Notes: generated by a model not told the origin, from the letters alone. Shown: positions 49,053-58,885, numbered from the stretch's first letter. The stretch: 64,000 bases of DNA from Deltaproteobacteria bacterium GWA2_45_12 (GCA_001797365.1 MGPH01000063.1:37179-101178); one strand, 5' to 3'. A program made the numbers and translations.

Positions 49053-50969
49053 ATGTTTATTTCAATCCATTACCGTATTGTTTTTTTAATTTTTCTTCTT
49101 GGGATTACTTTTGGATGCGACTCTTCTTGCAATGGTGAAAGTGACTCCCAAAAAACCACGGAAGAAGTGGTTGACACGGGTCCTGACGATGAAAATGATT
49201 TTTCGGGTACAGATGCGGGCAATGAGGCCCCTTCAATAGGCCAGGCTGATTCACAGGCCTTTGGGTGTGGAGATTTTGTGTTTGATCCTCCACCTATCGA
49301 CATCGGTGGAAATTTGGCGAGTGGGTACGAACCCAGCGGTGCCGATTGGCATGAAACCTTAAACAAGATTTTATTGGTCAGTGATGAAGGCGTTGTCAGC
49401 ATGATGAGTGCCGATGGGAGCGGCCTTGCCAATTGGAATGTGGGGGGTGATTTGGAGGGAATTACCGTCGCCGATGAGACCAGCGATTTTATTTATTTGG
49501 GTGTCGAAAACCCCGATGGCATCAAAGAATTCAATTTTGTCACCGGACAAGTGACGCGCAGTTTTAATTTGACCCCCTGGATGCAGGGCGCTTCCAATGC
49601 AGGGCTTGAAGCGCTTATTTTTGTTCCTGATGATTTCGACCCCGAAGGAGGGCTTTTTTATGCCGGACATCAAGGAGAAGGAAGCATCTACGTTTTTAAA
49701 CTCCCCATCAAGACAAGCTCTTCATCCACTGTCGTTGAATTTGTAAAAAAATGGGTTCCCGTTCCGGGAAGAACTGATCTTGCAGGGCTTGATTACGAAG
49801 AAAGCACGGGCCTGCTCTATGCCATTTATGATTCCGCAAATAAACTTTCCGCTTTTAAATTAGATGGCACCCTGGTTCAGGAATGGGCCCTCCCCCATAA
49901 CGATCAGGAAGGTTTTGTCCGCAGTAAATCATGCGATTTCATCGTCGCTCAGGATACGGGCAAGAAAGTTTGGTTTTATGAGAGGAATGACAATCGGATC
50001 ACCGCCAGTTTGGATCAACTTACCCGCTTGTCCAATCGCTTAAGCCAGATTCAAAACGATGATGGGAGCTTTGATTGGCAGCAAGATATAAACTTACCCT
50101 TAACCCCTCAAATAACGGGGTTTCAAAACGTCACTGGCATTACCGCGCTGGGATTTTTTGATGCAGATTTATGGATTGATGCGCCCCTTTTGCAAGGGAC
50201 TCTCGATGCAACCGCCTCTTATCTTGATGGGCTGATAACCGCCTTTCTTGTCAATCCTGCGGATGTATCAAAGAACCTTTCCTGCCCCAATTGGACCTTT
50301 CTTGCATGGTATCTTGAAATAAATCCAACCCCGGCCTTGCAGGACAAGGTCATTAATGCCTTTGGCCAGCTCTTAGATGTTCGTGATCCTGTTTTTGGGA
50401 ATGACCCGGGCATGCGTGTCGACGGGATCATCAACCGCATTATTCAAGCCAGAGTAGCTTTGCCTGGAATCATCCCCTGGGATCTTTCCCTGTGCGTCGA
50501 AGCCGTGGGGGCCATGGCGAATTTAAGTGAAAATTTTTCTTCCGATTATGGAAACGCCCTGTCACTGCTATCCACTTATACTCAAAATACCTTTTTACCC
50601 CAGTACGATGCAGACCCCACTCTAGAATCGGGGGACATCTCCCTTGCCATGCCCCTTTTTGTGATGGCAACAAGCCCTCAAGCCCCGTCTTTTGAGGCTC
50701 TCATCGAGGATCTTCTTGCCCATCTGAAAGAGTTGGTAGCGCCCTCGGGCCAAGTGACCAATTCGTCTGCCAATGACAATGCTTATCAAGCAACCGCCTA
50801 TGCCCTCTTGGCCTTCAAAGGAACCCGCGATGAGTCTGCTCAAAATGTTCAAACTTACCTTGAATCGTTGATTGGAGAATTTGGTGTTGTCGATCCCGCC
50901 ACCAATCTTGAAACTTATGAGGTGGACGGGGAAATTTTAAGGGCTCTTTCTTATGGTGATTTGAAGTAA
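49053..50969 (+). CDS. Exported protein: SdiA-regulated-like beta-propeller plus alpha/alpha-barrel-like domain
   Basis: Signal/lipobox TFGC; EPSGA..., DLEGIT, LEALI, DLAGL, DQEG repeats; QIQNDDGSFDW and ATAYALLA. Confidence 0.65.
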   Translation: MFISIHYRIVFLIFLLGITFGCDSSCNGESDSQKTTEEVVDTGPDDENDFSGTDAGNEAPSIGQADSQAFGCGDFVFDPPPIDIGGNLASGYEPSGADWHETLNKILLVSDEGVVSMMSADGSGLANWNVGGDLEGITVADETSDFIYLGVENPDGIKEFNFVTGQVTRSFNLTPWMQGASNAGLEALIFVPDDFDPEGGLFYAGHQGEGSIYVFKLPIKTSSSSTVVEFVKKWVPVPGRTDLAGLDYEESTGLLYAIYDSANKLSAFKLDGTLVQEWALPHNDQEGFVRSKSCDFIVAQDTGKKVWFYERNDNRITASLDQLTRLSNRLSQIQNDDGSFDWQQDINLPLTPQITGFQNVTGITALGFFDADLWIDAPLLQGTLDATASYLDGLITAFLVNPADVSKNLSCPNWTFLAWYLEINPTPALQDKVINAFGQLLDVRDPVFGNDPGMRVDGIINRIIQARVALPGIIPWDLSLCVEAVGAMANLSENFSSDYGNALSLLSTYTQNTFLPQYDADPTLESGDISLAMPLFVMATSPQAPSFEALIEDLLAHLKELVAPSGQVTNSSANDNAYQATAYALLAFKGTRDESAQNVQTYLESLIGEFGVVDPATNLETYEVDGEILRALSYGDLK

Positions 50970-51028
50970 CGACCGTGTTATTAAGTGGTGCGTTTTTAAA
51001 CACCTTCTTTCAAGATTCGGAGGCCTTT

Positions 51029-51577
51029 ATGGATTGGTCACTTTTAGGTTTTCAAGGTCTTAGTCAAGTTTTCAACATTCATCCTGTTTTTGTACATTTC
51101 CCCATCGCACTTTTTCCCATAGCCTTATTTTTCTACTTCATCGGCATTATCCAGAAAAGAAAAGATTTTCTGTTGGCGGGCCAGATCTGTCTGGGTTTCG
51201 GGATGGCCGGTACCATCCTTTCAGTCCTGACAGGGTATTGGGCCCAAGAGAGCTTTCCGCATGGAGAAACTATTCATCGAATGATGGGAACTCATCGGGT
51301 GCTTGGATTCGTCATTCTTGCCTTGGCTGTTGGATTGATGCTTTGGAGCTTCCTGAAACGCGAAGGAATGCCAAAAGCATCGCCATTTTTTCTGGTGTTA
51401 ATTGGTCTTACCACACTTCTAACCCTGCAAAATGCCGATCTGGGCTCACGAATGGTCTTCGTAGAAGGAGCTGCTGTAAAAGCGGTACCCCAGGAAGAGA
51501 ATCATGAACATGGAGAATCCGCTCCGGAAAAAGAAGAGGCTCCGCATGATCACCATGGACATGACCATAATCATTAA
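51029..51577 (+). CDS. DUF2231-type membrane protein with His-rich tail
   Basis: Start ATG 51029 with GGAGG; IHPVFVHFPIAL, TGYWA, H...G, GSRMVF, tail HDHHGHDHNH. Confidence 0.85.
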   Translation: MDWSLLGFQGLSQVFNIHPVFVHFPIALFPIALFFYFIGIIQKRKDFLLAGQICLGFGMAGTILSVLTGYWAQESFPHGETIHRMMGTHRVLGFVILALAVGLMLWSFLKREGMPKASPFFLVLIGLTTLLTLQNADLGSRMVFVEGAAVKAVPQEENHEHGESAPEKEEAPHDHHGHDHNH

Positions 51578-51642
51578 GCAAACTAAAGAACCGAAGGAGT
51601 CTAACCAGGCCCATCATCCCGATCAAGAATAAAGGACCTTTT

Positions 51643-53292
51643 ATGATGAAAGAGCATGCGACAAAATCACCGGGCCAGGTGATGGCCCCGCTCGAGGCGG
51701 GTACAGCAAAGGATCCTATTTGCGGGATGATTGTGGAGAAGGCCAAAGCTTTGACCACTGAGAAAGGCGGTCGTACCTAGATCCCTGCGGAACAAGTCAT
51801 GGTGGATGAGGTCCTGATCGTCAAGCCAGGCGAAAAGATCCCCACGGACGGCATCGTCATCGGCGGAGCCTCATCCGTGGATGAATCCATGCTCACCGGC
51901 GAGTCCATGCCGGTGGAAAAGAAAAAAGACTCCATTGTAATCGGGGCGACGATCAATCAAAAAGGACTCTTGAAGGTCAAAGCGACGCGCATAGGTTCTG
52001 AAACTACACTCGCACAAATCATTAAATTAGTAGAAGAAGCGCAAACAACGAGCGCTCCTATTCAGCGCCTGGCCGATCAGGTCACCGGTTATTTTGTTCC
52101 TGCCGTCGTCATTACGGCTTTTTTGTCATTCGGATCATGGTGGATTGCCGGAAATTTCCCCCAGGGGCTCCTTGCTTTCATCGCAGTGCTGATCATCGCC
52201 TGCCCTTGCGCTTTGGGTATTGCCACACCGGCGGCCCTGATGGTGGGCGTGGGTAAAGGGGCCGAGGCCGGCATCCTTATTCGCGGCGGAGAAGTATTGG
52301 AACGGGCGAAAAAATTAACGACCATCGTGTTCGACAAAACGGGGACCTTGACTGTCGGAAAGCCAACCGTCACTGACATCCTCTCTTTCTCTTCTTTTTC
52401 AGAGACTCAAATTCTCGAGTTCGCCGCCGTTTTGGAATCAGGCTCGGAACATCCCTTGGCCGAGGCCATTGTGAGGGAAGCCCAAAAGAGAATGCTTTCT
52501 TTGGGTAAGCTGGAAAAATTTGAAGCCATTCCAGGCCATGGAATTAGAGGAAGTGTTAAAGGAAAAATGGTTCTCATGGGGAATCGCCGACTTTTTGATC
52601 GAGAAGGAATCCTATTGGGTAAGGGCGTATTGCAATACGCCCCTACGGTGGAAGAAACCATGACAAAACTTGAGGCCATGGGCAAAACAGCCATGCTCGT
52701 GGGGGTGGATGGGGTTTTAGCGGGCGTCATTGCTGTAGCCGATGCCTTAAAGCCAGAGGCTAAGGAAGCCATGACTCTTCTTAAATCCGAAGGTCTCAAA
52801 ATTATCCTGTTAAGCGGGGATAACCAGCGGACGGCCAATTTCATCGCCAAAGAATTGGGGATTGATCGCGTGATCGCCGAAGTACTTCCCGGGGATAAAG
52901 CCAAGATCATCCAAGAATTGAAAGATCAAAAGGAAATCGTCGCCATGGTGGGAGATGGCGTAAATGACGCTCCTGCTTTAGCAACAGCCGACATCGGAAT
53001 TGCCATCGGTTCTGGTTCGGACGTGGCCAAGGAAACGGGTGGCATCATCCTCGTCAAAAACGATGTTCGGGATGTGGTGACCAGCATCCGCCTCTCACGG
53101 GCCACCATGCGAAAAATAAAGCAAAACCTGTTTTGGGCCTTTATATACAACGGAGTGGGAGTCCCCATTGCCGCTTTTGGCTTTTTAAATCCCATTATCG
53201 CCGCGGCTGCCATGGCGCTCAGTTCGCTTTCAGTCATTGTGAATTCAGCCATGCTCAAACGTTTCAAAGTAAGCAAGATGGCCATGGCTTAA
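51643..53292 (+). pseudogene. copA: Cu(I)-transporting P1B ATPase with internal deletion and in-frame stop
   Basis: YHS start AKDPICGMIV...GGRT* (TAG 51778-51780) joined in frame to the A-domain IPAEQV...KIPTDG; [27 protein letters not shown] and MALSS retained; first four TM helices absent. Confidence 0.88.
52619..52646. repeat. GTAG-type REP palindrome inside the copA reading frame
   Basis: GTAAGGGCGTATTG|CAATACGCCCCTAC, encodes [10 protein letters not shown]. Confidence 0.85.
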
Positions 53293-53467
53293 AGAAAGGG
53301 GCATGCCGTAGAGTTTTCGGCGAAAGGGAATAAAACTTAAGCTGGGCACGTAATTTCCAAAGACAATTGGTACTCGCTCTGGTCTTTTTCCTCGTCGCAT
53401 GAGTTATACATACAAGTAGTAGATAGACTTCCCGACCAACATCACCACAATCATAGAGGAATGGAGG

Positions 53468-53494
53468 AACGATTTTGCCTTACGGAAAATCGTT
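53468..53494 (-). terminator. Hairpin downstream of a tRNA 3' fragment
   Basis: AACGATTTT-gccttacgg-AAAATCGTT. Confidence 0.6.
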
Positions 53495-53510
53495 GTGCCC
53501 CCGGCTGGAC
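53495..53510 (-). other. Putative att site: tRNA 3'-end fragment
   Basis: Minus strand GTCCAGCCGGGGGCAC = end of T-loop, 3' T-stem (CCAGC), acceptor strand (CGGGGGC) and discriminator; no 5' half upstream. Confidence 0.6.
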
Positions 53511-53704
53511 GCTTTTAGAACCGCGTGTATCGAGCTTTCTAATGCGGCCTAAGCGGGTGTTTTCAATAATATCGTTCAGTTAGCTTTTGAAAGGCTACAC
53601 TGAATGTTTCGCTTACTCCATAGCATATCGACTCTACCTATCAAGGGCATTTTGATTTTTCCCGTGGCGTTACAGCCCTTTGCCAGAGTTATTCCACCAT
53701 TATT

Positions 53705-53841
53705 AAGCCTTCCCGAAAGCCTTTCAGCAAGGCTTCCTGAAAGGCTTTGCCAAAGGCTTCCCGTAAGCCTTCGAGGAAGGGTTCAATTCGCGAACCGTAC
53801 ATCTTATCGAAAGCCTTCCCCTAAGGCTTCCATCAAGCCTT
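53705..53841. repeat. 12-bp-period array of AAG(C/G)CTT cores
   Basis: Cores start at 53705, 53717, 53729, 53741, 53753, 53765, 53777 (variant AAGGGTT), then 53811, 53823, 53835. Confidence 0.9.
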
Positions 53842-53881
53842 CTTTACCCATTTTCCCATTTTTTGATTGGAGGATTTGCGC

Positions 53882-54199
53882 ATGATCAAAAAGCAACTCC
53901 CCAAGCCGAAGGTGTTATCTACCTATAAGCCAATTGCTGCCATTTTAGGTGTTTCTGTCCGGACCATTATTCGTAATTGGAAATCCATTCCTTGTATCAC
54001 CAAGCGTGGCAATCGAATTTGGGTCGTTGAAGAAGACCTCCTCAATTGGTTTCGCGAAAATCCCAACCTCTGGCGCAAGAAAAACGAATTCTACGGCGTC
54101 AACATGCTGTCACTTTTTTTGTGTTGGCATTCTTTGTCAGGCGAAAAGAGTTTTGTGATGGGGCATCCTCATTTCAACTTTGAAATCAAATATTATTGA
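53882..54199 (+). CDS. Excisionase-like HTH DNA-binding protein
   Basis: TYKPIAAILGVSVRTIIRNW...IP...GNRIWVVEEDLLNWF; ATG 53882. Confidence 0.75.
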   Translation: MIKKQLPKPKVLSTYKPIAAILGVSVRTIIRNWKSIPCITKRGNRIWVVEEDLLNWFRENPNLWRKKNEFYGVNMLSLFLCWHSLSGEKSFVMGHPHFNFEIKYY

Positions 54200-54211
54200 G
54201 AAAGGGACATA

Positions 54212-54505
54212 ATGAAAACATCAAAGCATCCAACAAAACTATTTTTACCTCTTCTCATTTTTGCACTCTGTACTGTTCCTCAATGGGCCTATGCAGCTGG
54301 CCCCGCTTGGGAAAGCGCACTCCAAACAATCGTTGATATCATGACCGGCACCACGGCCCGTCTTCTATCTATCCTAGCGGTGGTTTTCTTTGGGATCTTA
54401 GCCTTGTTCGGGCGGATTTCTTGGATACGAGCTTTGCAGGTTGCCTTAGGCATTTCTATTGTTTTTGGAGCGGCTTCAATCGTCGATATGTTCGCAGGTA
54501 ATTGA
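54212..54505 (+). CDS. virB2: T4SS pilin TrbC/VirB2
   Basis: Signal peptide, WESALQTIVDIMTG, two TM segments, IVFGAASIV. Confidence 0.9.
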   Translation: MKTSKHPTKLFLPLLIFALCTVPQWAYAAGPAWESALQTIVDIMTGTTARLLSILAVVFFGILALFGRISWIRALQVALGISIVFGAASIVDMFAGN

Positions 54506-54527
54506 ACAGGTCATTAGGCCATGAAAA

Positions 54528-54818
54528 ATGAAAATAGAATCACACGACTTGCTTTTTCTGGGTTTGACGCGCCCCACGATGTTTCTTGGGGTGACTCAAA
54601 GTTTTTTCGTCATCAATGGGTTGGTCAACATAGTCTTGTTTCTGGGTTTAAATTCTTTTTTGCCGCTGTTTGTTTTTTTGCCCCTCCTTCATGGATTGGG
54701 ATACCTCGCGTGCTTGAGAGACCCACGAACTTTTGACTTGTGGTTCATATATGCAAAATGCTGCGCAAAATGTAGAAACAAAAGGTTTTGGGGAGCGAAT
54801 AGCTACGACAGCTTTTGA
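54528..54818 (+). CDS. virB3: T4SS protein VirB3
   Basis: LFLGLTRPTMFLGV, RDPRTFDLW, WGANSYD. Confidence 0.92.
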   Translation: MKIESHDLLFLGLTRPTMFLGVTQSFFVINGLVNIVLFLGLNSFLPLFVFLPLLHGLGYLACLRDPRTFDLWFIYAKCCAKCRNKRFWGANSYDSF

Positions 54819-57192
54819 TTTAAAGCTGAAGTTAAAAGTGTCCCCATTTCTTAAAGTGGCAAAGGCGGAAGTCAAATCCGCCGACTTTATCCCTTATACT
54901 TGCCACTATGATGAGAATACCATTCTCACCAAATCCGGTGATCTCCTCCAAATCATCAAAATTAATGGGATCGCCTTTGAAACAGCAGATGGTGACTGGC
55001 TAGAATTTCAAAAGAATATTCGCAACACGCTTTTAAGGAGCATCGCTAAAAGCGGCTATGCGGTTTATGCCCACACTATCCGTCGAAAACAGAATATTTA
55101 CCCCGATGGAAAATTCCCACACGGTTTTGGAAACGACTTAAATGAAGCCTGGAAGAATAAGCATGATAGTTTGGAACTTTACGTTAATGATTTTTATCTT
55201 AGCATCATTCAAAAAGCCTACACACCCGGCCTTGCAGGGCTGAAAGGCTTTGTATCCAAAAAACTAAAACAGGATGTCCAGTCCAGCCACTTAAAGTTGG
55301 CTTACAAGGAACTTCAATCGGTATCGAATCGGTTTCTGGCTAATCTCAAGGATTATGGGCCTAAACTTTTGGGAATGGTCCAAACCGACAAAGGTCTTTT
55401 CTCAGAACCCGCACAATTTTTCAGTCAGCTCGTCAATCTCGAGGACCGTCCCATCCTCGCTCCGCAAATGGAGATGGCGAGATACCTCCCCTCCAAGCGT
55501 CTTTTTTTCGGGAAAGACGCTATGGAGGCGCGGGGTATTACTTCAACGAAGTTGGGAGCCATTCTTTCCATCAAAGAATATTCTGATGCAACCATTCCAG
55601 GTCTTTTGGATTTATTTTTAGAAATCCCAGCCGAGTTTGTATTGACGCAGTCGTTTCTATTTTCGGACCGTCAAAGTTCGTTAAGCAAAATTCAACTTCA
55701 ACAGAGGAAAATGATCCAAACAGAGGATTTGGCCGCATCGCAGATTGAGCAAATTGATGAAGCTCTCGATGATGCAACTTCGGGCCGCATTGGTTTTGGT
55801 TACCACCATTTGACGGTTCTCGTGACAGCCGAAAACACGAAAAAGTTGGATCAAAATTTGGCCAAGGTCGAGGCCTCTTTTTTAAATCTGGGGATTGTGG
55901 CTGTCCGCGAAGATTTGAACATGGAACCCTGCTTTTGGGCTCAATTGCCGGGGAACTTTTCTTTTATCTCTCGTGACGCAATGATTAGCACGGCAAACTT
56001 TGCGGGGTTTGCTTCTCTTCATAACTATCCCTGTGGGAAGTTTGCCAATAATCATTGGGGGCCTTCTGTTACTGTATTGGAGACTGTTTCCGGGACTCCG
56101 TATTATTTCAATTTTCATGTGGGCGATGTAGGTCACACGACAATCATTGGTCCTACAGGAACGGGTAAGAGTGTTTTACTTAATTTCTTAATTGCCCAGT
56201 GTTTCAAATACCGATGCAAGATTTTCTTTTTCGACAAAGACCGTGGTGGAGAGATTTTTCTTCGGGCCATGGGAGGGACTCATTCCACTCTCGGCATCTC
56301 CAAGCCCAGCGGCTTCAATCCTCTCAAACTCCCCGACACCCCTGAAAACCGATCTTTTCTAACTGAATGGCTACAGCTCCTCTTGGCTGTAGAGAAAGAG
56401 CCATTTACGGCTGAACAATTATCCAAAATTTCCGAAGCGGTTGATGGAAATTTTACCCTCGACTTACCCCACCGCTCCCTCGAGAATTTGGCGCCCTTTT
56501 TAGGGTTGAGGGGCGCCGGTTCTCTCTCCAACCGACTTGCTATGTGGTACGGAACGGGGACTCACCGAAATCTTTTTGGCCATGAAGAGGATATCCTCAA
56601 GTTTGACCAATCCATTTATGGATTTGAAATGGCAGAAATCCTTGAGGACAAAAAAGGACTTCCGCCTGTATTGGCCTATCTTTTCCATCGAATCAATATC
56701 GCTCTCAATGGAGAGCCTACCATTATCGTTTTAGAGGAAGGCTGGAAACTTTTAGATAATCCTTTTTTTGCTCCCCGAATCAAAGATTGGTTGCAAACTA
56801 TCAGAAAGAGGAACGGTTTCGTCATTTTCCTCACGCCCAATATCGAGTCTGCTATTCACTCTAGCATTGGCGATACCCTTGTTCAGCAATCAGCAACATC
56901 TGTTTTTCTCCCAAACCATAAAGCCACCACTGAAGGTTATTGTGACGCCTTCAAACTGAGCGAGCGTGAGTTTGAACTGATTCGCACGATGAACCCCGCC
57001 GACCGAACCTTTCTTATCAAACACGGGCAGGATTCTGTAGTCGCTAAACTCGATCTAGCCGGATTGGAAGATTTTATCCGTGTTCTTTCAGGAACCTCTA
57101 AAAGCGTGGCTCTTCTGGATGAGGTTCGGAAAGACAAGGGAGATCACCCCAAAGATTGGTTAAACACTTTTCAACAGAGGGCAAGACTATGA
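54733..57192 (+). CDS. virB4: T4SS ATPase VirB4 (true start probably near 54840)
   Basis: FIPYTCHYD, FWAQLPGN, IIGPTGTGKS, FDKDRG, EEGW, RKRNG. Confidence 0.96.
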   Translation: MTCGSYMQNAAQNVETKGFGERIATTAFDLKLKLKVSPFLKVAKAEVKSADFIPYTCHYDENTILTKSGDLLQIIKINGIAFETADGDWLEFQKNIRNTLLRSIAKSGYAVYAHTIRRKQNIYPDGKFPHGFGNDLNEAWKNKHDSLELYVNDFYLSIIQKAYTPGLAGLKGFVSKKLKQDVQSSHLKLAYKELQSVSNRFLANLKDYGPKLLGMVQTDKGLFSEPAQFFSQLVNLEDRPILAPQMEMARYLPSKRLFFGKDAMEARGITSTKLGAILSIKEYSDATIPGLLDLFLEIPAEFVLTQSFLFSDRQSSLSKIQLQQRKMIQTEDLAASQIEQIDEALDDATSGRIGFGYHHLTVLVTAENTKKLDQNLAKVEASFLNLGIVAVREDLNMEPCFWAQLPGNFSFISRDAMISTANFAGFASLHNYPCGKFANNHWGPSVTVLETVSGTPYYFNFHVGDVGHTTIIGPTGTGKSVLLNFLIAQCFKYRCKIFFFDKDRGGEIFLRAMGGTHSTLGISKPSGFNPLKLPDTPENRSFLTEWLQLLLAVEKEPFTAEQLSKISEAVDGNFTLDLPHRSLENLAPFLGLRGAGSLSNRLAMWYGTGTHRNLFGHEEDILKFDQSIYGFEMAEILEDKKGLPPVLAYLFHRINIALNGEPTIIVLEEGWKLLDNPFFAPRIKDWLQTIRKRNGFVIFLTPNIESAIHSSIGDTLVQQSATSVFLPNHKATTEGYCDAFKLSEREFELIRTMNPADRTFLIKHGQDSVVAKLDLAGLEDFIRVLSGTSKSVALLDEVRKDKGDHPKDWLNTFQQRARL

Positions 57193-57896
57193 ACAAACAT
57201 CTTTTAAGAATGGGGTTCTTTTTGGGCATGTCTGGCATCACGACCATCCAATCCGCCCATGCGGCCTGGCCTGTGATTGACACGACAGCCATTGCCCGAA
57301 TGGTTCAACAGATCAACGAGATGAAAAAGCAGTATGAGGTTTTAAAACAGCAATATGCCGAAATGGAAGCGACCAAAGACGCAGTGACAGGAGCTTATGG
57401 AGTAAGTGAAATCGCCAACGGGGAGATAGATCAAACGAGTCGTCGAGCACTGCCCGGTACGTGGCAAGAAGTGGTAAGTCAACAAAAGTCCGGAAAACTC
57501 CCCGGATTTTTTTCAGAACGACAAGATTACTACAATAAACTTTTTCCTTCCGTGGATTCAAAGCTCTTCTCTGAAAGTTCGACTGATCGAAACGCTGTCA
57601 GCTACCAAGTTTCGACGCAGAATACTCAAGCATCTTTCTCCGCAACGGAAGCCATCTACAACAAAATTCAAGATCGTTTAAAAACTATTGAAACCCTCAC
57701 GCAAGAAATCGACAAAACCGATAATGTAAAAAATGCGACCGACTTGAACAGTCGAATTGCAGCAGAGAATGGTTTCTTGAATGTGGATATGGCCCGCTTG
57801 AGCGCATTGCAACTATCTTTGCAGGCATCTCTCCAAAATGGCCAAAATCAAGCTACTGCCAATCACGCCGAATTTTTTGGAAAGCAGATGCAATAG
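57189..57896 (+). CDS. virB5: T4SS minor pilin VirB5
   Basis: ATG 57189, signal peptide, AWPVIDTTAI, DLNSRIAAE. Confidence 0.9.
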   Translation: MNKHLLRMGFFLGMSGITTIQSAHAAWPVIDTTAIARMVQQINEMKKQYEVLKQQYAEMEATKDAVTGAYGVSEIANGEIDQTSRRALPGTWQEVVSQQKSGKLPGFFSERQDYYNKLFPSVDSKLFSESSTDRNAVSYQVSTQNTQASFSATEAIYNKIQDRLKTIETLTQEIDKTDNVKNATDLNSRIAAENGFLNVDMARLSALQLSLQASLQNGQNQATANHAEFFGKQMQ

Positions 57897-57910
57897 GCAA
57901 AGGTATTTTT

Positions 57911-58885
57911 ATGGCTCTTCCCAGCGAAATTTTAGCTCATGTTGATCAGATCACTCTTGGGTACACAGCGAAAGCGTACCAAGCGGTAGCCAACAGCCAC
58001 ATGACGGAGCTTCGCCTCATGTTGGTGGCCTATGTCGCCATGTTTGGAATTGGGGTTCTGCAAGGGGCAATCTCAATGACGCTTAAGGAAGCCAGCCGTC
58101 ACATCTTAAAAGCCATGATTATTTTCCAGTTGGCGACCAATTGGGGGACTTTTACTACCCTCGTTTACAACGTTTTTACCAATGGCCCTGAAAAAATAAC
58201 GGCGGCTCTGGTTGGATCAAACGATCCCAACCAAAAGCTTGAAGAAGTGTTTTCCACAGGTGTCGAGGCATCCCGACAAATGTACACCAAAGCGGGAACT
58301 TTGGATGTTGGACAAATGCTTTTGGCTCTAGTGATGCTTGTCGCCACCGTTCTTCTCACAGGTGTTGCCCTGTTCTTGATTATTCTCTCCAAGCTGGGGC
58401 TCGCCATTCTCTTATCCATTGCCCCCTTGTTTATCGCATTGGCTCTTTGGAAGAGTACGCAGGGAATTTTTCAGGCATGGATTAACTACCTTATCAACTG
58501 TTCCATGATTCCCGTCATTACCTACGCTTTCTTGGGGCTCATTTTAACGCTCATGGAAGCGCCTGTGGCAGCCATCAAACAATCAGGTGAGAACCTGACG
58601 ATGGTTGCCACCATTCCTTATCTGCTGACTGGAACTATTTCCGGATTATTGTTCTCCCAAGTCCTACGCATCTCGGCCTCTTTAGGTGGAGGTGTGACTC
58701 TTTCGGCGATGGGGGCTTATCAGAAATACATAACCAGCCCCGTTTCTTCTGTTAGCCGCTTAGCGGGAAAACAAATCTCTGGAAATGCAAATAGACAAGC
58801 ATCGTCTCGAAGTATTCCAAAGATGCCGCCGCCCTTTGTCCCTAGCACACCACCCATCCGAAGCACCACGAGAGGTATTAAATGA
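57911..58885 (+). CDS. virB6: T4SS protein VirB6
   Basis: Polytopic; APLFIALALWKSTQGIFQAW, SASLGGG. Confidence 0.92.
   Translation: MALPSEILAHVDQITLGYTAKAYQAVANSHMTELRLMLVAYVAMFGIGVLQGAISMTLKEASRHILKAMIIFQLATNWGTFTTLVYNVFTNGPEKITAALVGSNDPNQKLEEVFSTGVEASRQMYTKAGTLDVGQMLLALVMLVATVLLTGVALFLIILSKLGLAILLSIAPLFIALALWKSTQGIFQAWINYLINCSMIPVITYAFLGLILTLMEAPVAAIKQSGENLTMVATIPYLLTGTISGLLFSQVLRISASLGGGVTLSAMGAYQKYITSPVSSVSRLAGKQISGNANRQASSRSIPKMPPPFVPSTPPIRSTTRGIK

Noticed and set aside
51778-51780. TAG readthrough (pyrrolysine or recoding) restoring CopA
   Set aside because: TAG ends many genes in this window, and readthrough would still lack four TM helices; a deletion junction explains it.
53495-53510. 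Complete tRNA gene
   Set aside because: Only the 3' 16 nt match; D-arm, anticodon arm and 5' T-stem are absent.
53705-53841. CRISPR array
   Set aside because: The unit is 12 bp with 5-bp variable parts, far too short for repeat-spacer structure, and no cas genes are present.
53604-53885. 93-aa plus-strand ORF
   Set aside because: Its SLPESL/RLPERL pattern is the translation of the 12-bp array; no SD or family resemblance.
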